A stretch of DNA of 63,943 nt, filler included, from Folioceros fuciformis (taxonomy: Eukaryota), in assembly GCA_049999805.1 (NCBI GenBank). It is 5 parts of 3 records of this genome, joined end to end, with 100 filler letters (N's around TTAATTAATTAA, not from the genome) between each part and the next. Parts side by side here need not be neighbours in the genome. Positions count along the whole stretch, not along the records: positions 1 to 15,455 come from JBNGIO010006183.1; 4 more parts are not named here. One strand, written 5' to 3'. Below the pieces are notes generated by a model, which was given only the letters and a program-made list of their open reading frames with translations, did no database searches and was not told the DNA's origin. Both the position numbers and the translations under genes were made by a program. Shown piece by piece: positions 1-11,414 of the stretch (position 1 is the stretch's first letter; every line of letters begins with the position of its first letter).

Positions 1-1074
1 TGCATAAATATATTTTTTGTTGTTGTTAGGAGACAATATGCATGAAGTTAATGTATATCATGTATTATTACTATCTTATAATACAGATGAAGATTAGGGC
101 CTAACACTTTGATCCCCAAAACCATAAGAAAGCTCAAATTGAATAAACTAAATAGTTCACCTATATATTTATTATATGTATATGTATTTTTTAATTGGGC
201 TGTATGGTTACCATACAAATTATTCGAAATAACTATTTCATATTTTTAATAAAAGTAATCAAACATAAGATACCTATAACAAGAAATTGGGATGATGTTG
301 CNNNNNNNNNNNNNNNNNNNNNNNNNNNNNNNNNNNNNNNNNNNNNNNNNNNNNNNNNNNNNNNNNNNNNNNNNNNNNNNNNNNNNNNNNNNNNNNNNNN
401 NTCATTTAGCCATGTCAAAAAAGTTGGCTTTACTTGTGGTGTAAGATAACAAGCTTGAAATCCTAAGGTGGACTTTTAGAACTCCATTAAAACTTAAGGC
501 TAACTTGGGACTTCATTAAAACATTGAACATGGCAAGGAAACCCATGATACAATTATAACTTATAGAGCGGTTTAGTTTAGTTGCACTTAAATTTAATGT
601 TTATTGCACTGCACTTAATATTTTTATTTTCACAATCCATTCACAAGAATGCATGTTGCTCAAAAAAATTGGTAAAGAGCCTCCAATTCGATTGTTGTTG
701 AACGAATTTAGAAAGACCGAGGGCCCCAAGCGAGAATGCACAATATGTTGTTTTCATATGAGTTTAGAAAGACCCAAGTGCCTAAGTGAGAAGGTATAAT
801 GTTAATGTTGAAGTTTACGTAGTACTAGCTTGAAGAAGAGAGGAATCACCACTATTAGCACAAAGAAACAAGGTTTGAGAAATTAGCAATTGTAACCTAA
901 GAAAGCCCATGTGCATGCATTTCAAACAAGACATGTCATTAAATCTTGTTTAATTTCATAATCTAGGTTTCAATACCTACTTTTTTGGGACCCAAGAACA
1001 TAAATGCCACCTTATGCATGACTCCTGCATAAGGTGGCAAGTTGACTTAAAAGGCGAGTGAAATGAAAAGTTTG

Positions 1075-1310
1075 TGCCCTTCTTCATGTTCCAAAGTTGT
1101 CATGACAGACATCGTTCCATATTCTACCCTTTATGTTCGAAAGCTTACATGACACCATTATCTCATATTGTGCCCCTCATGTTCGAAAGCTTACATGACA
1201 CCATCGTCCCATATTGTGCCCCTCATGTTTCGAAAGCTTACATGACACCATTGTACCATATTGTGCCCCTCATGTTTCGAAAGCTTACATGACACCATTA
1301 TCCAATATCG
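1075..1310. repeat. Minisatellite, ~47-48 bp unit, ~5 copies
   Basis: Repeated CATATTGTGCCCCTCATGTT(T)CGAAAGCTTACATGACACCA is visible directly; overlapping short ORFs repeat the same peptides. Confidence 0.9.
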
Positions 1311-1850
1311 CCTTCTGGTGGATAATCACATGTCTGCTCAAATGTGCAATACAGTCCTTCTTGAAAGGATTCTCAGGTGCAACCAAACTCAGAGTTACGG
1401 AGCATTGACATATATAAGGCATAGGAACTCATTGTATACGCACGGCAGTATTTGCTGATCTGTACAAAGAACAGTTGAACACGGATATCTTTTATAACAG
1501 TCCCAGTTTTGCGCCAGACTTCTCTCGTTAGTTCATGGGCTCCGAGCCTGGCGTGAGAACTCAAAAACTTTACAACGGACGGAGTCGCCCAACATGCATC
1601 TTCCACCACAAATCACAGTTCTTCCCTGGAGGCGTTGATCCTCGACGTTTTCCCTGGAAAACTTTAGCGGAGAGGAAGGTGTAGGTCTTGCATGTTTTCC
1701 CCAAAAGTCTAAACAGGTAATAAGTAGCCCTTCAAACAGGACAACACTCGTGGTACATCCCGTAACAGAGAGCACGGTAAACAAGTCATCAAGTTTGAAG
1801 GAGTAATGCGAGCCACTGTGCAAACTTACTTGGTCAGTGAAAACGGGTGC

Positions 1851-2252
1851 CTAAGTCCAGAAACCGTATGCATCATCCTCGATCTTCAGTGCAGTGGTGT
1901 TGAGAATAACTTTCTCCCCAATCCACATGGCGTTCTTGGTATGATCATCCAAGGGACGCCCTGTATTGGGATGCACAAGCACAGACATGTTCCCCCTGTT
2001 TACTTGAAGCCAGGGGACAAATCGAGAAAACTCTTCGGGGGTCTTCAGGTCCACCTCGAACATCCCTATCGGGTGTGGTCCGATTGGTTGGTCCCAGAAT
2101 TTGTACACCTTCAGCTCTGGAAACTTCTGCTGAATTTCTTCTCTAAGCTTACGTGCTTCATCTTTGTGCTTCTCCGAGGTGTGGAAAAAGTAGATATGTA
2201 CATCGTACGACCTGATGGGAGGAGAGAACTTCACAGGGCTTTCCGACGCCAT
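1851..2252 (-). CDS. DOPA 4,5-dioxygenase family protein (fungal/bacterial DOPA_dioxygen type, not the plant LigB type)
   Basis: 133-aa ORF without coding introns, with family motifs YDVHIYF, PIGPHP.GMFEV, FVPWL..NRG.MSVLVHPNTG..LDDHT..AMWIGE. A probable 5'UTR intron acceptor (TTTTTGCAG) lies just upstream of the ATG. Confidence 0.85.
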   Translation of the reverse strand: MASESPVKFSPPIRSYDVHIYFFHTSEKHKDEARKLREEIQQKFPELKVYKFWDQPIGPHPIGMFEVDLKTPEEFSRFVPWLQVNRGNMSVLVHPNTGRPLDDHTKNAMWIGEKVILNTTALKIEDDAYGFWT

Positions 2253-3167
2253 TTGCTGTCCAGCCCTGCAAAAACAAGCCGGGCGAGGCTGAAGTTAGAA
2301 CTGACAGTGGCACGGTAACCCCCTTGACAAACAACCTGTGAGCAACCAGGCGAAGTCTGTGCGCTGTTAACACCTAACAGCCGAAACCCCCAACGGACAG
2401 CTCCTGGGAAATCTTTGTCGATTCTGGTTAGTCCCAAGTGACACAGAAACAGGGGACGTGCTTGTTTGCCATCTCCAGAAGGGCATCACGGCAGTCGTCA
2501 TTCCGCTTCTCCGACCACTCTACTGTGCACTACGAAAGAGGGAGCACGGAATAACAAATCTAAGACTCGCAAATTTCATTCACCTCCACACCGTGCACAC
2601 TTTACAGAAGTATCAGCAATGCACGCATTCCTCGCACAGACATCCGCTGCAGGTTTACCCGACGACCTGACAACCAGAGTCAGCTCGTCTGTTGAACTTC
2701 TCCCGGATCCGGCAGGGGTTGAACGACCAACCAGTCGCCAACAAAGACAAGGGAGAGTATGCCACCTTTGCTAACGCACATTCAACACTGCGGAAGGCGA
2801 ACAGAGCCGGGCTACTTACAAGGAATCCCGTGAAATCCAGACCCGCGTGTCAAGCCAATGCTCCAAGACAACAATCCTGCGCCTTCATAAAACGGCACTG
2901 TTGCAGCCTTCCCCTTAAATATCAACAGCAAGCAGCTGGAGACGTCACGTAATGTCTCGGAACCTCTTACGAAAGATTTCAGATGAGGACGCTCAGGAGA
3001 AAGAGAGGCGGAAGGTTCGGCCAGCGGAGCATCACTGAGTATGCACGGAAGTACGACATTTGTATTTGTACAAACAAACTCTTGTATTTTGTCCTGGGTT
3101 AGGTGACAGAACCCGGAAGCCCTAAGCTGGGGTCACAACGACGCGGGGTGTCCGAGAGTTGCTGGTG

Positions 3168-4124
3168 ATGACTGTTGCCGACATTTCGTCTCAAGTGCCT
3201 CCGGCACTCGATCCCACCTCACCTCTTGTGGAAGACCTGATTCAGTTACCCATCGCCTTGCACTGACGCTTACAGAAGGGCAGCAACAACCAACTTTGTT
3301 TAGGACAGCCTGTTGTGGTTCTGTAGCTTACGGTGATAGTCTAACACTTGCAGGGGGGCACGGTACGGCGACTTGGAAGATGTGGAAGCTGCGCTCTCTC
3401 AAGGTGCTCTGATAAATTCTCAGAATGTGCAGGGCTGCACAGGTGGGATAGGCATTTGCCTGTTTGTTTCATTCAATTCCCTGAACAGGGATCGATTGCT
3501 GACCATTTGTTTTTCCTTTTTCTCGTGTCTCAGCTCTACACATGGCAGCTGCAAATGGACATGTCGATGTCGTGCAATACCTGATCAATCATGGAGCTGT
3601 ATTTCTCCTCCGATCCAGATTGTAGTCACTGCATATTTTACATACAACTTCAGCAGAACCTTCAGTCTGACTTGCTCTCGTCCTCACGGATTCTCAGGAT
3701 GTGGACGCGAGAAATGTCGAGCTCAATACCCCTCTTCACTGGGCAGCTTTAAACGGACAAAAGAGAGTAAGTCTTTTCCCCCATTAGCTTCGGACTCGGG
3801 GAGATTTCCTATGTGATGGTTGCTTAATCTCCAAATTACCTTCCTAAAAAAGACGATGATTTTAGGTTGTGGAGGAATTAATCGCAACAGGCGCCTCAGC
3901 AGCTATCTTGAACAGGTATGTATGTCCAGTAGCAAGCACACACTTCTTTCTACCTGCTGTGCAAGCAGAGGTGACATTTTATGTAACATTGTTCTTTGCA
4001 ATCGGATATCAGATACGACCGTACGCCTTTGGATGAAGCTCTGGGTAGAGGTCAGCAGGAGCTTGTGGACGCTATTCATGCTGCGGTCGCTGCTGCCTCT
4101 CTCGACTCGGCCCACGTTAGTTGA
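3168..4124 (+). CDS. Small ankyrin-repeat protein (YAR1-like), about 6 exons
   Basis: Manual splicing gives MTVADISSQ...EDLIQ/GARYGDLEDV...ALHMAAANGHVDVVQYLI...NTPLHWAALNG...RTPLDEA...HVS*, with GT-AG introns. Confidence 0.85.
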
Positions 4125-4701
4125 GCTCTCTAGGGATTAACCCGTTGGTAGTGGACCCCATATCAGCTAGGAGTGCAAGCACGCGCAATTTTGAGTAGGT
4201 ACTCTCGAGATACTCTGCAGGCACCGCTGGCAGCCACTGTATTTCGAAGCAGGTGTCAAGACTTTTTCTCAACCTAAACACTTTCGACTATTTGAACTAA
4301 AAGCTTTGAATTGTCTCAGCTGCGGAAATGGGGGAATGACTGTCTTGGCTAGTTAGTTCCCTTCTTGATTATCCTGGCCGACTGCCTCCAGAGTGCTACT
4401 AGGCCTGGGGGTTTTGTTTGGTCACTTCTGTCACACTCAGTGGGACTAGGGACACAAACGCTTTGACAAACGATCCTGTTAGGACTAAACCATCAACTAA
4501 TTATTGATAACCATCAGACAAACGACCCCTAAGGTCCGGTCAGGCTTCTCCCCAATTCCTCGTCACCACGTGAGGTAGGTAGCGAATGCAGGGCACACAA
4601 AAGTCGCAGGCATGGACAAGGTTTAGGAAGTACCAACGCGAAAACTAAACAAACCGACTAATTTACATGCCTTCTACTACTACTATACATTGGTAACAGG
4701 C

Positions 4702-7700
4702 TTACTTGTTCCAGACACGCTCCCTTTGGGCAGAGGCAGCCGGTTTCAATCCGACACGAAAGGGCCTGGCTCCGCTCAATACCCGCTGGGCACCAGAGCC
4801 TGCAACAGTCCTGAGTGGTCGGGTTAAGCTGACTCGCAATGTGGGAGCTGCCATCTTCCTGTCCGCGGCAGATGACAGCGAGCTAAGCCTGTGGCTGTTC
4901 GGGTCGTCTCTTCTCTTCCGCATGTCGTCCAACTTTTCCGAGACTTTACGACTCGAGGGGTCCAGAATTGGTGCAGTAAACTGCATTGTGGACCGCCGCA
5001 GGCTCGGTCTTACCACCCTGCTTGCTGTCCCTGGAGCTCTGTGAACAGGGCTGGCGGGTTCGTTCGAGAGCTCCAATGTGGTTGGTAGTGGCAAAGGAAG
5101 CTCCTCGTAGCCTGCGTGGGCCCCTGTTTTCACCACGAAAGAGCTCAGCAGCATTGAAGAGCGCCTAGGCACGCCTGCAAAAGAAGCCCGCCCTGTTCGC
5201 CTTGGAATCAGTTTCTGGGGAGTTGGAGACGCAACCCTCAGGCCCATCATTTTCAGCTTGTCACTGATGCGTTGCTCCGGGTCCACGTTCTCGTTTCGGA
5301 ACCCAGAAGAGTCGGTGGAGCATTTCAGGACATTCTCCACGCTGTCGGATTGCCGTATCTCGTACCCGAGCGCTCTTTCTAGCAGCGGTCGCCTGGGTCC
5401 TGAAGGCTCAGCAGTACCCGCAGTCTCGACAGAACCAGCGTCCTTCTGCACAGTTCTGCAGTCGGGGGTGCTCCTGTCCAGACTTGATTGCGCATTTAGG
5501 GACGCCTCCGCCAGCCGAAATCTTCTCTCCGAAGTAACCTGGAGCTCCAACTCAGTGATGGTCTTGTCCCTGTCCCTGACCTGCTGACCATCAAATCTGA
5601 GAAGCAGTGCGAGAACCAGCAGACACGGGAACATGCAGCAAACCAGAATAGCAAGACCAGATGGCGTCAGTCACCTTCTCAGTAAGAGCTTGACACAGCT
5701 GTTCTTTCATCTTAAGTTTGGTTTCTGCTGCGCGCATACCGTCTTCCAACTTCTTCAACTCCTGTTTCGCCTTCTCCGCCTACAGACATTGCTTTCGTTA
5801 GTCTGCGTACCCACCCTGTGGATGGTCACACTGTGGACGTCCACAGTGCTGATCATATATCCAGAGAAATACCTGTTGTTTGTATTTTAACATTTCCCCA
5901 GCATCTAGCTGCTTCTTGGCAGGGCCCAATTCGATGCCCCGTACTCTACTGGCAAAATTCAATGAAGACACAGTCTCTCCAGCATCGGCTTCGTTGGGGC
6001 TGATCTGTACGAACATAAGTGCCTTCGAATCTCCACCTGCAAAAGACGGATTCGTCCTTCAGTCTGGATGATCAGAGTACACTTGCTTCTACCTCGGTTG
6101 TGACCTTCAACCTTGGAAAACGCACCTAGGGAATCCTGCAAAAGGTGAGTCAATTTTGAATTCCTATAGGGGATGTGGCTACTCTTGGTTGTCAGAGCAT
6201 AAATCACATCTCCCAGGGAAGCAAGAGACTTGTTGATATTCTGAGCTTCCTTGAGACGCTCTCCTTGCACGTCACTCTTTGTCACTCGCTCGCTCCCAGC
6301 AAGATCCACCAGCCAAAGCTTGCTTCTTGTGCACTCGCACGTAAGCAGATTCTCTCCTTTCACCATAACGCACAGCATGCTGCAAAGAACAGCCAGGTTT
6401 AGACTAGAGTGACTATAAACAAACCAATCCTACGTGCCGCTGTCACATCAGAAGTCGTACAAGTGTGATCTGCTACTGTGCTCGTTCGAATTCGTTGAGC
6501 CCACAGCTCTGGCGTTGCTGCCAGATTGCAATACTTCCCACACTTCAGACATGCTGTGTACTTCAGCCTCAGTGAGCCCGGGAACATGGTGCACGCCATC
6601 AGACACTTGCTTGATTTCCAACCTAAAAACCATGAAACAACACACAGTTCAGCTAAGAGCCGCAGCACTGGAAATGTTGATTACCCAGTCTCTCGGGGCT
6701 CACTTTTTTGCACCTTGACCGGGGAGGCTGGGTGAGGTGAGCAAGTCCCGAATTTGCTCGTTATAAACCTCCAAGACGCTAACTGAAATTTCGTATCGAA
6801 ACTGTCCGCTCCTGTCTGATGCAACGCGAAATAATTCTTCGAGGGTCCGATAATTGACCCCTCTGTTGTCTGGGCTCCCCAGCATTGTAAAAGTTTTACC
6901 AGTCCCAGTCTGGCCATACGCAAAAATGCATACATTGTAGCCATCCAACACTGAGACAACTACAGGAGCAGTGTCGGCAAAAACGTCCTCTGCGATCACA
7001 GACCTTCACATCAGACAAGAGACACAAAACCTGACGCAACAATGAACAACAGTGTGAAGGTGTAGGTAGTGCCTTGGCCATCCTGCGGACTGAACACTCG
7101 ATCAAACTTGAAAACCTTTCTGCCACCAGGTCCGGTTCTTAAGGCAAGCTCATTATCTTTCTCAAAATCTACTATTGCAGATGAGCCCACCGCCCGTTCC
7201 GCCAGACTGAGCGGACGGCAACGGCAGAAAACTCTGATATTCCCTGGAGAACCAAAAGTACCAGTATCAAAATAAAACTCAGGATCTTGAGACACATGTT
7301 GCTAACTTTGACACGCAAGATGAGATGTAGCCCGTCCTCCTGCACCCACCTTTAAGCTCCAGAACTTTATTATATAACTGCCGCCTCTCAAGACTTTCTT
7401 CCAAAAACTTGGCTTTCAGGACTTGGTTCTCCTTACCTGCCATTGCTCCTGTCACGTTAGCGCCTATCGATATTACAATTGCCCTGGAAAGAAAACGAAT
7501 TGGGTAACTGAAACTCGCCCAGCTCTTGCACGGATCCTAGCAAGCTCCCAGTGTCGGGGAAAGAAGCCGTCCATTCTTTAGCCTCCTCTGACAGAGCAGC
7601 ATGCATCTCACGCAGGATCTGCACTTGGCACATCAAAAAATTAAGGACGTCAGACACGACATGGGACTCCAAGCCATGTGAGGTACCTAACACAGCCAAA

Positions 7701-10700
7701 CTGGGACAAACAAACAACAAACCTGTGCCTCTTGAAAGACCTTCTGCAAAGACTTCCCCCATCTTGTCACGTCTGTTTCACACTTCTCCTTCAATTCCTT
7801 CAGTTCATCTTGTTGCGTCTCAACTACGTTGGCTGGAAGACCAAGCGCACAGTGTCAACTCTCCTGGCTAGTAGGAAGATTTTGAAGATTCGAGTGTCCT
7901 GAGTCCAACTCACCTAAAGTGTCGATGTAGAAGGTCTTAGATGTGAGGTCATTTCGCAGCCTCTCATTTTCTGCCTGAGACTCCTCAAGTGAAATCCATG
8001 CGGCATGACATTCTTTCTTCAACTCCTCCAACTTCAGCTCGTAGTCTTTTACACACTGTCGGGCCTTTGACCGCATCTGCACTTGTCAGATTGTCAGAAA
8101 AGCTTCCTTCAACATGAGGACTATAAGAATCGATAACGGGAAGATTCACACTCAAATTTGCACCTGTTGTCGACGGACTTCATCTTCCTTCGATGGTAAA
8201 CGGATCACATCCGGCTGGCGAAGGTCAGTTACGCACTGAGCCAGGACCTCTGAGATTTCCTCTGATGCAGAGTATGTCCGAGAACTGCAAACCTCTCCAT
8301 GCTGGTCGTTCGGCTCTGCTCAAGGCAACAAACGTAAACTCTCACAGTCTTGTCAAAAGAGAAGGGCACAGTCAAGATTAGTCAGAGGTAGAATCTGAAC
8401 CTGACACTGCAGGTCGCAGTAGGCATATTGCACTGATTGTGGGACTTCCACAGACACCTTCAAAAGATATGGAAAGAGCACCAGTAGAGACAGAAGTCTG
8501 AACACTTAGTACAAGGGCTTTGTTGGAGCCGGCCAAGGAGTACACATCCAACTCAGAAACCGCCTGTTAACGCAGGCAACACTGGTTAGAGCAAAGAAAG
8601 GCAGCACATCCTACAAATACAACCCGTGGCGTGAGCTGTACCTTCTGCCCTTGGATGCTGATATCAAACACTCGCATACCAGGGGGACCCCTAGTGAAGA
8701 TGATCTCTGCGAAATGGAGGTTAACGACATACTCCCCCCTTGTCAAATTTGGGATGACATATGACACATTTCCATATCTTGCGGTCTGGTAGAGTGAGGG
8801 CTCCTGTGTTTGGTAGATCCCTTCTTCCGTTCTGAAGACATCCCCCCCATGAAAATATCGGTCCTCCACAAAGTCAAGACCAAACGTACGGCTTGATAAC
8901 TCACCCCCGCCCGCATTGATTGCTATAACCAGGTCTGGGAAAGAGATTAAAAAACCTCACTGGTTAGCAATCCCTTACCGAATCGGAGCAAACAAACAGG
9001 CGAAAGCCGTCAGGCTACTTATCCCAGAGATGAGTTGCCTCATGTGACATACCAGGTGCAAGGTTGAGAAGGTGCTCTTCCTTCAAAATCCGATAACTCA
9101 TTATGCCACTAGTGGAGTTGGAGAATGAGGGAGCCTCATACGCTAGCTTCCTTTCAGCAAGCTCTCTCTTGCCAACCATGAGCAATTGACAGTCCTGACC
9201 TTTGGACGGAACCACCTGGCCCTCCTTGACGTCAGCATTGTCACATGGACTTCCACTCATGACGGCTGCAGCTTGTGAGAATGGATGTTGCCCCCACCCA
9301 CATATCTCCGACGTTACTAAACTAGTTCTGTCCAGCATATCAGCCGCCAAATAACCTGTTATGGTTGTTGCATGGTTGACATCCTCCTCTCGGCTGATGG
9401 CTCCCATTGCATCAGTTTGAGAGAAATCCCAGCTGGAGCAAACCTTCGCACCATCTCCCTGTGTATCAGAAATCTGAACTCCATCCTGACCTACATCTGA
9501 GCACTGGGCTTCTGAGCCAGATATTCTAGGAGCTCCCATTTCCTCGAGCTGCACTGTAAAATCCTCAGGCACTGGTGAAGTTCCTAGGGGGCCCCCTTCT
9601 GGTAAACAGGAGCCATCGATGTCAGCACCACCAACAGCAGACGCTCTCTCGGTGCAGTCAAAAGCTATTGACTCAAACCTCGAAGCTGTTGAGTTTTGAT
9701 TCCATTCAGAGGCCAGCAATTGCTTCAAACTGTTTTTTGAGTCACTACTGAACCTCTCTGCAAATTCAAATATGACATTGAAGGAGGCATGTCAAGCACG
9801 CCACTGGGACACAAGGGTGGTTCCTTCACTGGTTGGTTCAACGGGTTGCAAAGATGGCACTCACCCCGCTTTGCTGAGCTCGTAGGACTCCAGGGGGAGG
9901 CGGCATCATCAACTGACGTCCGACGTTTTCCAATACTTCCTGCATAGGCCAATCAGTGGTTGAGAAATGAACAAAGCTGTAAAAAGCTACAGCGTATGCA
10001 GAGAGGAAGACGCAAGCCGTCTCCTCAGCAAAATGAACTGCCCTGAACTGATGCCTGGTTTATCTCGCACTCTCCACTGTCAACAAAGGCGTGACAAACG
10101 CTTATGCAGAACTAAGTTTTAACATTGTCCAAAACTTATATTCTATGCCTCACAGATTGCAGAGCATGAAGACCTCTATCTCAGGTTTTCTAACGTAAAA
10201 TTGTTACTGCTGTGTTCTTTGCTTCGGGTGCAATTCAGCAATTCTTACTGATTGGATAACAGCCACCGCCGTTTGACCGACAGCGTTTCCATACAGCGTG
10301 CCGTATACTTTGGGCAGCACGAAGGGCCTGTGAAAATAAGGGCCACCTAGCAAGTAAGATTGACTGCTCACACGGTTATAGACAATTATCTCCCTCGGTT
10401 CAAGATTTAGCACAGCTACAGCATCCGCATTCACTATTTCCTCCTTGGACCACACAGTGCATTTCTTTAGACGACATTGTCCTGCAAAGACAACGGCTTA
10501 AGTCGGGAGATAGACAGCTACTTCATGCCCATGGTACAGTTCGGATTAGGTAGAGAAAAGTCCCCGTCAGCCCACATGCTAAAATGTCCTTAAGAAGCAA
10601 GAGTTGCCAGCACCTACCCTTCGGTTCAGGGGAGACAATGTCATTGCAACCAGGCTCCGTTTGCAAAAGCCCTGTCAGTTGTTGAGCCTCCGCTAGTCCC

Positions 10701-10717
10701 GCCTCCAATCGCACCAT
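4702..10717 (-). CDS. Kinesin-14 with malectin domain (KIN14Q/R, MDKIN type), multi-exon; 5' exons beyond ~9940 are tentative
   Basis: Malectin exon 8567-8930 ([21 protein letters not shown]), coiled coil, and motor motifs [72 protein letters not shown]. Confidence 0.9.
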
Positions 10718-11414
10718 CGGCCAATCCTCGGAGAAACACAGGCTGAGGGCAACCTTCCTTGGCGCACGGAAAAGCAGCCGCTTGAGCTACAGGGACACGA
10801 CTTGTAGGCAGCCGAACACAGCATTGAGCGCTACGAGTGCCTGGGCGGAGCTAGCTGGAATTTGGCAGTCGACGGGGAAACGAATCCTCGCAGGAAGCGA
10901 TCACAGGAAATGCGTCTCAACAGCCAGCCAGGTGTGCACCAGGACAGGCCAACAGATATGGAGCGAGCGCAGCAGCAGCAACACCAGGGAGGGGGAGGGC
11001 AGGGGAGGGAGGAGGACAAGAATGGGTCGCACGCGGGAGACGAGCAGGATGACGGAGGAACTGCAAGGCCCCAGCCACAGGACTAGACGGGGACTATCGA
11101 CCTTGCACAGGGTGGCTTGCCAAGGGAAGCTGTAGGCCTGTCGGGACACAGGAGGCTGCCTTCTGAGGCACACGAGCGAGGCCCAACGGGCAAAAAACGC
11201 ACGATTCAAATGTGGCCGCGGATCATCATCGTACGCTCCACGTCCTCCCACCTGTCGGGTTTGAACCAGCCGGGTTGGATAGCCGTTGGGACGCATGCCC
11301 CACCTTGAAAGGAGACCGCACATCAATTACTGTAATGTGTTAACCGCGTCTTACTGGATATGTTTGAGATCGGACAATTCCAAACGTCTGCAATTTCTCA
11401 CTGGTTCCCTGCAC

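Noticed and set aside
1075-1310. Regularly spaced repeats resembling a CRISPR array (also 18345-18572, 48740-49018, 52292-52476)
   Set aside because: Units are head-to-tail without unique spacers, there are no cas genes, and the context is eukaryotic.
1806-2318. 170-aa plus-strand ORF
   Set aside because: Antisense to the well-supported dioxygenase ORF.
10782-11330. Gln/Gly-rich plus-strand ORFs between the kinesin and the RLK
   Set aside because: Low complexity, internal stop and no recognisable domain.
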